Below, in pieces: positions 30,211-38,532 of a stretch of 64,000 bases of DNA. The DNA is taken from the NCBI GenBank assembly GCA_013626165.1, contig NDHX01000002.1, positions 64,639-128,638 of the forward strand. Reading direction: 5' to 3'. The translations under genes were made by a program, and so were the position numbers. Origin of the DNA: Candidatus Velesiimonas alkalicola. Lineage in GTDB: Bacteria; Omnitrophota; Gorgyraeia; Velesiimonadales; Velesiimonadaceae. Below the pieces are notes generated by a model that made no database searches, was not told the origin of the DNA, and saw nothing but the letters and a program-made list of their open reading frames with translations. The stretch's first letter is position 1. Each line of letters begins with the position of its first letter.

Positions 30211-30960
30211 TCATAAATCAACTACATTTACCCAATGCAGCAGAAACTCTTTTTCTTCGGGCTTACTCTTAACCGATTGCGAAGCGGCGACAATGGGCAG
30301 CCATTTTTGAACATATTGTTTTGCGGTATCGCTTTTTTTACAGAACAAATCAAGATATTTTTCAGCACCAGTAATGTCGCCCGCAAGCCAGAACAGCAGA
30401 TACGTTCTTGCTACATCGGCAGAAGCATTACCCTGTGTTGCGTGTGACCAGTCAAGGATATAAGGTGTACCGTCCTCGGAAATGATTATATTTGAGGGAT
30501 TGAAGTCGCCGTGACAGACCTTTAAGTTTTTGGGCATCGATTCAAGTCGAGTGTGTAATTCATAACGAGTTGTTGCATCCAAGCCCGATTCGGAAATTTT
30601 TCTGTTCATTTTATCCTTTAGCTTGTTTAGAAGCGGAGCTTTCTGCGCATGGACAGACATTTGCAAATCGACAAACAGTTCCAGATATTCATCATATCTA
30701 TCGGGATTTTCTTCCATAAGCCATGCAAGTGTTTTGCCTTCTACGAATTCGGTAACAATCGCCCATTTACCTTCAATTATGCTAACCTCAATAAGCTTTG
30801 GAACATTCAAAGCTGTTTCCTCAACTCTTGCGTGATTTAGTGCTTCATTCAAAATATTTGATTTTGAATAGTCAGTATCAAAAATTTTAATAGCTTTATC
30901 CCCGTCACGATAAACTGTCTTTGATGTTCTAACTGCAATAATCTTATCAAGTTTCATCAT
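30211..30960 (-). CDS. Aminoglycoside-phosphotransferase-like kinase (APH family)
   Basis: CHGDFNPSN, ILDW; follows adhE as in clostridial adhE loci. Confidence 0.85.
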   Translation of the reverse strand: MMKLDKIIAVRTSKTVYRDGDKAIKIFDTDYSKSNILNEALNHARVEETALNVPKLIEVSIIEGKWAIVTEFVEGKTLAWLMEENPDRYDEYLELFVDLQMSVHAQKAPLLNKLKDKMNRKISESGLDATTRYELHTRLESMPKNLKVCHGDFNPSNIIISEDGTPYILDWSHATQGNASADVARTYLLFWLAGDITGAEKYLDLFCKKSDTAKQYVQKWLPIVAASQSVKSKPEEKEFLLHWVNVVDL

Positions 30961-30970
30961 TCCGTCCTCC

Positions 30971-33598
30971 TTATACTTTTTTATTTGTGCCGTAATAGGC
31001 GTTTAAATACATCTGCTTGATTTCGCTCATAAGCGGATAGCGGGGGTTAGCGCCTGTGCACTGGTCATCAAAGGCTTGTTCAACCATCTTATCAAGTCTG
31101 TCAAGAAAGTCTTTTTCTTCAACACCATAATCCTTGATTGCTGCTTTAATTTCAATCTTCCCCTTAAGCTCATCAATATATTTAATAAGATTTTCGAGCT
31201 TCTCTTCATCGGTTTTGCCCTTTACACCGAGGTAATCCGCAACCTCTGCATATCTGGCAAGGGTGTGGGGGTGGTCGTATTGCGAGAAGGTTCCCATTTT
31301 AGTTGGAACTTCAGCAGCATTATACCGCAACACCTCGTTAATCATGAGAGCATTTGCAATGCCGTGAGGCAGATGATGGAACGCACCTAGTTTGTGTGCC
31401 ATTGAGTGACATATTCCAAGAAACGCATTTGCAAAAGCCATGCCTGCCATTGTTGCGGCATTAGCCATCTTTTCTCTCGCTTCGGGGTCATTTGAACCAT
31501 TGTCATAAGCACGTGGCAGATATTCAAATACCATTTTAAGTGAATGCAGTGCCAAACTGTCGGTATAATCGGTTGCAAGCATTGCAGCATAGGCTTCAAG
31601 TGCGTGAGTTAAGGCATCTATACCTGAGGCAGAGGTTAAGCCCTTGGGTGCGTTCATCATCATGTCCGCATCAACAATAGCCATGTTCGGCATAAGCTCA
31701 TAGTCGGCAAGCGGATATTTAACGCCTGTCTGTTCATCTGTTATGACTGCGAACGGTGTAACCTCGCTTCCTGTACCAGCAGAGGTAGGAACAGCGATAA
31801 AGTATGCTTTTTCGCCCATTTTCGGGAAGGTATAAACACGCTTGCGGATATCGGCAAAGCGCATGGCCATATCCATAAAGTCTGCTTCTGGATGCTCGTA
31901 CATCACCCACATGATTTTGCCTGCATCCATTGCAGAGCCACCGCCCAGTGCGATAATGCAATCGGGTGCAAATGCTCTCATCTGTGCTGCGCCCTCTTTT
32001 GCACAGGAAAGTGTCGGGTCGGGTGCAACATTGAAGAAGGTCGTGTGCTGTATTCCCATTTCGTCGAGCTTATCGGTTATCGGCTTTGTGTAGCCGTTAT
32101 TATAAAGGAAGCTATCGGTTACAATAAACACCTTTTTCTTGTCCATGACGTTTTTTAATTCGTCAAGTGCAACAGGCAGGCAGCCTTTTTTGATATACAC
32201 CTTTTGAGGTGCTCTGAACCACAACATATTTTCCCTCCTTTCGGCAACCATTTTTATATTTAACAAGTGCTTGACTCCGACGTTCTCCGATACGCTGTTG
32301 CCGCCCCACGAGCCGCAGCCGAGCGTGAGAGAAGGAGCGAGTTTGAAGTTATACAAATCACCGATACCGCCTTGCGAGGAAGGAGTATTTACAAGAATAC
32401 GACCGGTTTTCATCCGTGCGGCAAACTCGTCAAGCTTTACTTTTTCGGTAACGGTATTAAGATATATCGAGCTTGTGTGTCCGTAGCCGCCGTCTGCAAT
32501 AAGGTGTTCTGCTTTATCGAGTGCATCGGCAAAATCCGTTGCACGATACATTGCAAGTACGGGAGAGAGCTTTTCATGTGCAAATTCTTCGGACAGCTCA
32601 ACGCTTTCAACCTCACCGATAAGTATCTTTGCTTTTTCGGGAACGGTGACACCTGCAATCGAAGCAATCTTAAATGCTGACTGACCGACAATGTTTGCGT
32701 TTAACGCACCGTTAATGATAATCGTCTTGCGAACTTTTTCGGTTTCGTCTTTATTGAGGAAATAGCAACCACGATCGGAAAATTCTTTTTTGACTGCTTT
32801 ATATACGCTGTCAAGCACGATTACCGACTGCTCGCAGGCACAAATCATACCGTTGTCAAAGGTTTTGGAATGGATAATCGAGTTTACAGCAAGTAAAATA
32901 TCGGCACTGTCATCAATAATCGCAGGAGTATTACCTGCACCAACGCCGATAGCCGGCTTGCCACTTGAATAAGCCGCACGAACCATGCCGGGTCCGCCCG
33001 TTGCAAGGATCATATCTGCCTCCTTCATAACCATGTTGGTCATTTCAAGGCTCGGTACATCAACCCAATCGATAATTCCTTCAGGAGCACCTGCTGCAAC
33101 AGCTGCGTCAAGCACAATTTTTGCAGCCGTAATGGTACAGCCTTTAGCTCTCGGATGGGGGCTAATGATAATACCGTTGCGAGTTTTGAGTGCGAGCAAG
33201 GTTTTAAAGATTGCCGTCGAGGTTGGGTTGGTCGTGGGGATAACCGCAGCAATAACACCGATAGGCTCGACAATTTTCTTTGTTCCGTATGCTTTGTCCT
33301 CCTCAACCACACCGCAAGTTTTTGTGTCCTTGTAAGCGTTATACATATATTCGGAGGCGTATTGGTTTTTGATAACCTTATCCTCAACGACACCCATGCC
33401 GGTTTCCTCAACCGCCATCTTTGCCAGTGGGATTCTTTCCTTGTTAGCTGCGGTTGCAGCCGCAAGGAAAATTTTATCCACCTGCTCTTGTGTGTAAGTC
33501 GAAAAAACTCTTTGCGCTTTTTTCAACCTTTTTATTGCCATCTCCAATTTTTCGACACCGTCTATAGTGTCACGAGTACTGATCTTATCCATCATCAT
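30971..33598 (-). CDS. adhE: Bifunctional acetaldehyde-CoA/alcohol dehydrogenase
   Basis: PTTNPTST, ATGGPGMV, FDNGMICACEQ, HEKLSP, GCGSWGGNS linker, GGGSAMDA, CHSMAHKLG; start at one of the ATGs 33598/33595/33592. Confidence 0.97.
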   Translation of the reverse strand: MMMDKISTRDTIDGVEKLEMAIKRLKKAQRVFSTYTQEQVDKIFLAAATAANKERIPLAKMAVEETGMGVVEDKVIKNQYASEYMYNAYKDTKTCGVVEEDKAYGTKKIVEPIGVIAAVIPTTNPTSTAIFKTLLALKTRNGIIISPHPRAKGCTITAAKIVLDAAVAAGAPEGIIDWVDVPSLEMTNMVMKEADMILATGGPGMVRAAYSSGKPAIGVGAGNTPAIIDDSADILLAVNSIIHSKTFDNGMICACEQSVIVLDSVYKAVKKEFSDRGCYFLNKDETEKVRKTIIINGALNANIVGQSAFKIASIAGVTVPEKAKILIGEVESVELSEEFAHEKLSPVLAMYRATDFADALDKAEHLIADGGYGHTSSIYLNTVTEKVKLDEFAARMKTGRILVNTPSSQGGIGDLYNFKLAPSLTLGCGSWGGNSVSENVGVKHLLNIKMVAERRENMLWFRAPQKVYIKKGCLPVALDELKNVMDKKKVFIVTDSFLYNNGYTKPITDKLDEMGIQHTTFFNVAPDPTLSCAKEGAAQMRAFAPDCIIALGGGSAMDAGKIMWVMYEHPEADFMDMAMRFADIRKRVYTFPKMGEKAYFIAVPTSAGTGSEVTPFAVITDEQTGVKYPLADYELMPNMAIVDADMMMNAPKGLTSASGIDALTHALEAYAAMLATDYTDSLALHSLKMVFEYLPRAYDNGSNDPEAREKMANAATMAGMAFANAFLGICHSMAHKLGAFHHLPHGIANALMINEVLRYNAAEVPTKMGTFSQYDHPHTLARYAEVADYLGVKGKTDEEKLENLIKYIDELKGKIEIKAAIKDYGVEEKDFLDRLDKMVEQAFDDQCTGANPRYPLMSEIKQMYLNAYYGTNKKV

Positions 33599-33646
33599 CT
33601 CTCCTATGTTAACAGTCAATAACTCTCTACCCTAAAGACTGTATTA

Positions 33647-34672
33647 TCAAATACTTACAGCTAATTTGAATTTATTAAAATCTTCAAACACCCATTTGTT
33701 CTTTAAGGTACGGTAAATTATAGTTAAAAACTTTCTGGCGGTGGCTATAATTGCCTTGCCACTACCTTTTTTGGCTTTAAGCCTAAAATAAAATTTCCTC
33801 AAATATGGATTGTACCTTATCGCAATAAGTGTTGATTGCACTAATGCTGTCCGAGCTATCTTATTTCCCATCTTGGTTATTTTGCCGTAGTGGCTCGTTT
33901 CGTTAGAGACGGATACTCTTGGCACAATACCGAGATAAGCAGCTATCTTCTTGTCATCAGCAAAATCATTTACATTACCGATGGTATTTAAAAGGATTGT
34001 TGCCGAGATATTGCCTATACCGGTAAGAGAAGTAATGCTCTTATGTCCATCTAATTTCTTACCCTTCTCGATAAGTCCTTTGTCTATCTCATCGATTGAA
34101 TTGTTAAGGCTGTGTATCTGCTCAACAATTATCTTTAGCTCGAATTGATAGCTTGCTTCAATGTCAAGAGCCAATACTTTATCTAACCCTTTCTTGGAAC
34201 CAAAAATTTCACGCTTGGTAACTATGCCGTTGGCATTAAGAATATTGTGGATTTTATTCTTTAAAGAACTTCTTAGTTTTACAAATTTATCCCGTGTGCC
34301 TATGAGACTGGCTATCTGCGATTCTTCTTTCGTTCGCATCCTTACCTCCGGGATTAACCCTTTGCTCAAATACCTTGCCATTGTTACCGCATCGTGCTCA
34401 TCTGTTTTCTTCACCGAAGCGGAGATAATCTTAAATTGCGTAGGATTGATTATCCTGACTGCCTTAACTTCGCCCTTTATCTCTCTGGCAAAATACCCGG
34501 TGTTGCCCGTTGATTCTACTGCTACTTCATCGCTCTTATTCAGTGTCTTCTTGAATGCTTCTACACCTTTTGCATCTACCTTGAAAACTTCAATCTTATA
34601 TTCACCATTTTCATGCAAATAGCAAACGGTGAACTGCGTCTTGTGTAAATCTACTCCAATCCATCTCTTCAT
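33647..34672 (-). CDS. IS110-family DEDD recombinase/transposase
   Basis: IGVDLHK, AVESTG, KTDEHDA (DEDD), GIG, YLGIVPRVSVS (catalytic Ser region), KAIIATARK. Confidence 0.95.
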   Translation of the reverse strand: MKRWIGVDLHKTQFTVCYLHENGEYKIEVFKVDAKGVEAFKKTLNKSDEVAVESTGNTGYFAREIKGEVKAVRIINPTQFKIISASVKKTDEHDAVTMARYLSKGLIPEVRMRTKEESQIASLIGTRDKFVKLRSSLKNKIHNILNANGIVTKREIFGSKKGLDKVLALDIEASYQFELKIIVEQIHSLNNSIDEIDKGLIEKGKKLDGHKSITSLTGIGNISATILLNTIGNVNDFADDKKIAAYLGIVPRVSVSNETSHYGKITKMGNKIARTALVQSTLIAIRYNPYLRKFYFRLKAKKGSGKAIIATARKFLTIIYRTLKNKWVFEDFNKFKLAVSI

Positions 34673-34689
34673 CGCTACACCCCTTTCTT

Positions 34690-34860
34690 TGGTTGTAGTC
34701 TTCGGAGTAGAGCTATTTGTCGGTGAACACCATCCTCCTATTCAAGGTCAATTAAGCCCTATGGTGACTATTCGGTTATAGGCTCGATTAATCTCCTTCA
34801 CGGGGTCAATTAAGCCCCACGGGAAAATACAACCTATAACCTATCTACTCCAGACCACGG
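34690..34860 (-). ncRNA. Putative bridge RNA in the IS110 5' non-coding end
   Basis: Closing stem gtggtc-tggagtaga/tctactccg-aa-gactac; stem ggttataggtt/agcctataacc; twin apical hairpins GGGCTTAATTGACC; loop segments matching target and donor; boundaries approximate. Confidence 0.7.
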
Positions 34861-35002
34861 CTATATTACCAGTAATCCAGAGTCTTCACCAACATCATTT
34901 GACTGTTATCATATCATCTCCTTAATTTGTAATATATAAAACATAAGTATTTAAGTGCGTTTTTATATAACACTCCCTGTTAGAAAACTCAAATCTCAAA
35001 TT

Positions 35003-35104
35003 CCACACCCAAAGGGTACCCGAAATCACAAACAAGCACCACATCCAGAGGGTACCCGAAAATACAAATTACAAATAAATTCTATACCCAAAGGGGCCTG
35101 AGAC
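35003..35104. repeat. Three copies of an about 18-23 nt unit (CCACAYCCARAGGGTACCCGAAA) embedded in a heptamer-like AAATYAC repeat tract
   Basis: Copies at 35003-35025, 35039-35061 and degenerate 35082-35104. Confidence 0.75.
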
Positions 35105-35366
35105 GGCCAATTTTTCAACGCTTTCAATATTTTATTATTTTATCATATAAAGACACCTGTGTATAGTAATTTTTAATCTCTCAATGGAAACAAGAAAAAA
35201 ATATTCCCCCCCAATTAAAGGATTGAAGATTGAAGATTAAGGGGGGTTGTGGAGCTTTCCCTTAATATCTTGATACCTTATGGGAAAATCTTTCTGGCCC
35301 GTCCCTGCGTGCTTTAAGCAGGCGGGTACAGATAGGCAGGGGCGAGAACAGGGACACCTAAGTATA

Positions 35367-36365
35367 CTACAAAGATATATTGTATTTTGCAGATTGTTCT
35401 TGCATAAGAGGAAGGATACTTGTCTGTTTGAATGGCTCTTTTATTCCATAAAGTATAGTAACATTTTCATTTTTCTTACAATCAGAATAGAGTCCTGTAA
35501 TTTTTGCAGCAAAATCTATAGCGGATGTTGTTTTTCTACCCTGTAATATGGTAACAGGACCCTTAAAATCTCTTGCCCTGAATATGTAATCTTTTAAGTG
35601 TTTATGTAATTCTAAAATTTTATTTTCCATTTCATTTCTCCCGACAATGAGCTTACCTGTTTTGTATCTGAAGTGTCTTCCAACCTTTAAAAGGAGAATA
35701 TCTTTTTGTGTAATATTTTTCTTATGCAAAAACAAATCTTTAAGTTTCCTTACAAACTGTTTTACAGTTAAAAGACATCCACCTGCCGGACAGGAAAAAC
35801 CTTTCACCGAATATTTATCCGCAAAAGATAACTGTTCTTTTCTTGTCCTTCCTTGTATAGATAATAGTTCATTTCTGTTGACCCAACCCTGAATCTCTGC
35901 CTCCGTGGGAGGAAGAATCTTTGCAGAAAGAGGTCTTAATATTTTTCCTTCAAGTTGAGCCTGTTTCTCAATAAGAAGGATTACATTGTATTTCTGGGAC
36001 ATCGGTCTTTGTCCGACAACCTCTCCTGTGATAAGAAATTTTGCACCGATACCTTTAGCAAACTCCCAGGCCTTTTTAAACATAAATATCCTGCAATCTA
36101 TACAAGGATTCATACCCCTTCCGTATCCAAAGCGAGGGTTTTTTACAATTTTTATATATTCCGGACCTTTCAAAATTGTTTTGAAATAAATATTAATCTC
36201 TGTGGCAAGTTTTCTTGAAAAGCAGTTTCCATCTTTGTCACACTGACAGAAGGGAGATGTAAAATGAAGCGCATAAAGGTCTATTCCCTGTTCTTTTATA
36301 ATTTTTGCGGCAATACTTGAATCCAGCCCGCCTGAAAGAAGAATGACAGCCTTTACTTTTTCCAT
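35367..36365 (-). CDS. PP-loop tRNA sulfurtransferase-like protein (THUMP-less ThiI-like, DUF814-type C-terminus)
   Basis: LLSGGLDS, NPCIDCRIFM, TGEVVGQRPMSQ, PAGGCLLT, GRHFR; ATG 36365 preferred. Confidence 0.78.
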   Translation of the reverse strand: MEKVKAVILLSGGLDSSIAAKIIKEQGIDLYALHFTSPFCQCDKDGNCFSRKLATEINIYFKTILKGPEYIKIVKNPRFGYGRGMNPCIDCRIFMFKKAWEFAKGIGAKFLITGEVVGQRPMSQKYNVILLIEKQAQLEGKILRPLSAKILPPTEAEIQGWVNRNELLSIQGRTRKEQLSFADKYSVKGFSCPAGGCLLTVKQFVRKLKDLFLHKKNITQKDILLLKVGRHFRYKTGKLIVGRNEMENKILELHKHLKDYIFRARDFKGPVTILQGRKTTSAIDFAAKITGLYSDCKKNENVTILYGIKEPFKQTSILPLMQEQSAKYNISL

Positions 36366-36527
36366 TTTTGAAATATTACCTATCTCTGCTTTCACAGGCA
36401 AGAAAATTTTTGATATGAGGGGTCCTCTAAAGACTCTCACTGCATTAGATTTTGAGGGTCTCTAAGAAGACCCACTGTGTTAGATATCTAATACTTTTCC
36501 TGAGATTCCTTAATAATTTCCTGCTTT

Positions 36528-37373
36528 TTATCCACAAGCCTTACTATTTTTTTGCACTAACTTGTTTGAGATTTTTACAAAGTCTTCCACAGATAATTCT
36601 TCTGCCCTTTTTTGAGGATTTACATCTACCTGTTTTAAAATTTCCGTTATATTTTCAAAACTCCCTTTGAGCGTATTTAAAAGCATCTTCCTTCTATGTA
36701 AAAACGCAAGTTTAACTACTTTAAAAAACAGGCCCTCATCAATTATATTAAACCTTGGCTCTTTATAAAAACCTATCTCAAGAACACCTGAATCAACTTT
36801 CGGTATGGGATAAAAAGATGACGAAGAAATATTCATAATGTGTCTTGCATATGCCCTATACTGGAACATAACACTTAATCTTCCGTAAGATTTTTTTGAC
36901 GGTTTTGAAATAAGCCTTTCAGCAACCTCTTTCTGCAATGTAAGAACAGCTTTTTCTATAAAATTAGAATTTTTTATAATCTGAAAAATTAAGGGGCTTG
37001 ATATACTGTATGGAATATTGCCAATGATATTTATCACCCCCCCTTTTTGCTTTGCAAAGTCTACTGTATTAAATTTAAGAATATCACAAAACACAATCCT
37101 TACAAAATTATCTCCTTTGAATTTTTCGCATAGCCATTCATAAAGTTTTCTATCGTATTCAACTGCGGTAACATCATACTTTTTTTCGCAAAGAGCAGAG
37201 GTGAGCATCCCCAACCCGGCGCCTATTTCAAGAACAGGAAGCCTGTTATCTAAACAACACACAACCTTGTGACAGATATTTTTATCACAAAGAAAATTCT
37301 GCCCCAATCTTTTTGAAGGTCTTATACCAATCTGTTTTAGTGTTTGTTTGATTTGAGAAAGATTTTCAGGCAT
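36528..37373 (-). CDS. rsmA: 16S rRNA dimethyladenosine transferase
   Basis: LGQNFL, LEIGAGLG, GNIPYSISS, QKEVAER, PxPKVDS, RRKML. Confidence 0.96.
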   Translation of the reverse strand: MPENLSQIKQTLKQIGIRPSKRLGQNFLCDKNICHKVVCCLDNRLPVLEIGAGLGMLTSALCEKKYDVTAVEYDRKLYEWLCEKFKGDNFVRIVFCDILKFNTVDFAKQKGGVINIIGNIPYSISSPLIFQIIKNSNFIEKAVLTLQKEVAERLISKPSKKSYGRLSVMFQYRAYARHIMNISSSSFYPIPKVDSGVLEIGFYKEPRFNIIDEGLFFKVVKLAFLHRRKMLLNTLKGSFENITEILKQVDVNPQKRAEELSVEDFVKISNKLVQKNSKACG

Positions 37374-38334
37374 TTTTTCTCTTTATTATATCTACTGCGA
37401 TCTTCATTGCACAAATAAAAGAAGAAGGGCTTGCAATGTACTTTTCTGCAATATCCATTGCAGTCCCATGGTCAGGTGATGTTCTTATGAATGGAAGCCC
37501 CAGTGTGATGTTCACGCCTGTTTCAAATGCAATCATTTTCAGTGCAACAAGTCCCTGGTCATGATACATAGCAACAATTGCATCTAACTTATGTTTATAT
37601 GCCTTGTAAAACAGAGCATCTGCTGAAACAGGACCCTGAAGATTTTTTATACTTTTTTTTAATTCTTTAACAACAGGGATTATAAGCCTTTTTTCTTCAT
37701 CTCCGAATATGCCCTTATCCGATGCGTGCGGATTAAGACCGCAAACACCGATACAAGGAAAAGCAATGCCAAAAAACTGTTTAAGCGCTTTATCGGTTGC
37801 TAATATTGCATCTTTTATTTTTTTTCTTGAAAGGTTATCCGGTACATCTCTTAGTGCACAGTGTGTTGTAACAAGCACAACCCTTAAAGGTCCACCAACG
37901 AGCATCATCCATACCTGTTTTGTGGAGGTCAGATGTGCAAGGTATTCGGTATGACCGCTAAAATAAGGAAAGCCCGCTTTATTTATGGAATGTTTATTTA
38001 CAGGAGCAGTAACAAGTGCATCTGCCTTCTTCTGCTTAATAATTTTAACGGACTCCTGTATATAGTCTATAGAAGCCTTTCCGTATTCTGATGATTCTAC
38101 CCCTCTTTTGTATGTATTTATATTGATATTTTTTAAATCAAAAATTTTTATATCCTGTGAAAGGTTTAACCTACACCTTTTTGCAGCAAGTTCAAGAATT
38201 TTTTTATCCCCGACAATTATCCAGTCAGCAATACACCGTATTTTTTCTATGCAGGCAGCCTTTACTATTATCTCAGGTCCTACCCCTGCCGGGTCGCCCA
38301 TTGAAATAACAATCCTGTATTTTTTCATTTGCAA
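37366..38334 (-). CDS. pdxA: 4-hydroxythreonine-4-phosphate dehydrogenase (PdxA family)
   Basis: MGDPAGVGPE, GHTEYL, GLNPHA, AMYHDQG, RTSPDHGTA. Confidence 0.95.
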   Translation of the reverse strand: MQMKKYRIVISMGDPAGVGPEIIVKAACIEKIRCIADWIIVGDKKILELAAKRCRLNLSQDIKIFDLKNININTYKRGVESSEYGKASIDYIQESVKIIKQKKADALVTAPVNKHSINKAGFPYFSGHTEYLAHLTSTKQVWMMLVGGPLRVVLVTTHCALRDVPDNLSRKKIKDAILATDKALKQFFGIAFPCIGVCGLNPHASDKGIFGDEEKRLIIPVVKELKKSIKNLQGPVSADALFYKAYKHKLDAIVAMYHDQGLVALKMIAFETGVNITLGLPFIRTSPDHGTAMDIAEKYIASPSSFICAMKIAVDIIKRKNA

Positions 38335-38413
38335 AATAGTATATTATGTATCAAAAATTTTTTTGTCTGCTGTAATCAGGGATTTTTGCAACTTTTTTTG
38401 AACTTTATAAAAG

Positions 38414-38486
38414 TGGGCCCTGTAGGACTCGAACCTACGACCAAGAGATTATGAGTCTCCTGCTCTACCAACTGAGCTAAGGGCCC
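38414..38486 (-). tRNA. tRNA with CAT anticodon, most like tRNA-Ile2 (lysidine); CCA not encoded
   Basis: GGGCCCTTAGCTCAGTTGGTAGAGCAGGAGACTCATAATCTCTTGGTCGTAGGTTCGAGTCCTACAGGGCCCA; full cloverleaf; body resembles Ile2 rather than initiator or elongator Met. Confidence 0.92.
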
Positions 38487-38532
38487 ATAGGCTGCCTCCC
38501 AATGAAGGTTGAGGATTTATGTTATATTAAAA

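Larger units (their letters stand above)
33600..34922 (-). mobile_element. IS110-family insertion sequence (about 1.32 kb) with sub-terminal inverted repeats, inserted in the adhE ribosome-binding site
   Basis: IRs atgttaacagtcaa 33606-33619 / ttgactgttatcat 34899-34912 (13/14); shared junction sequence tctcct at 33600-33605 and 34917-34922. Confidence 0.9.

Noticed and set aside
33591-33602. Alternative IS boundary using the 8-bp repeat GAGATGAT as a target-site duplication
   Set aside because: That register gives a 19-nt promoter spacer and a 12-nt IR gap; the AGGAGA register gives 17 nt and 10 nt and matches the RNA loop segments
34925-34945. Rex operator upstream of the original adhE start
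   Set aside because: ATGTTTTATATATTACAA is only a weak match to TTGTTAA-N4-TTAACAA in very AT-rich DNA; plausible but unsupported
35003-35104. Possible mini-CRISPR array
   Set aside because: Intervening sequences are only 13 and 20 nt and low-complexity, the unit also occurs singly elsewhere, and there are no cas genes
38340-38530. tRNA as an integration site for an island
   Set aside because: No integrase nearby, no duplicated tRNA 3' end noticed, and flanks are housekeeping genes
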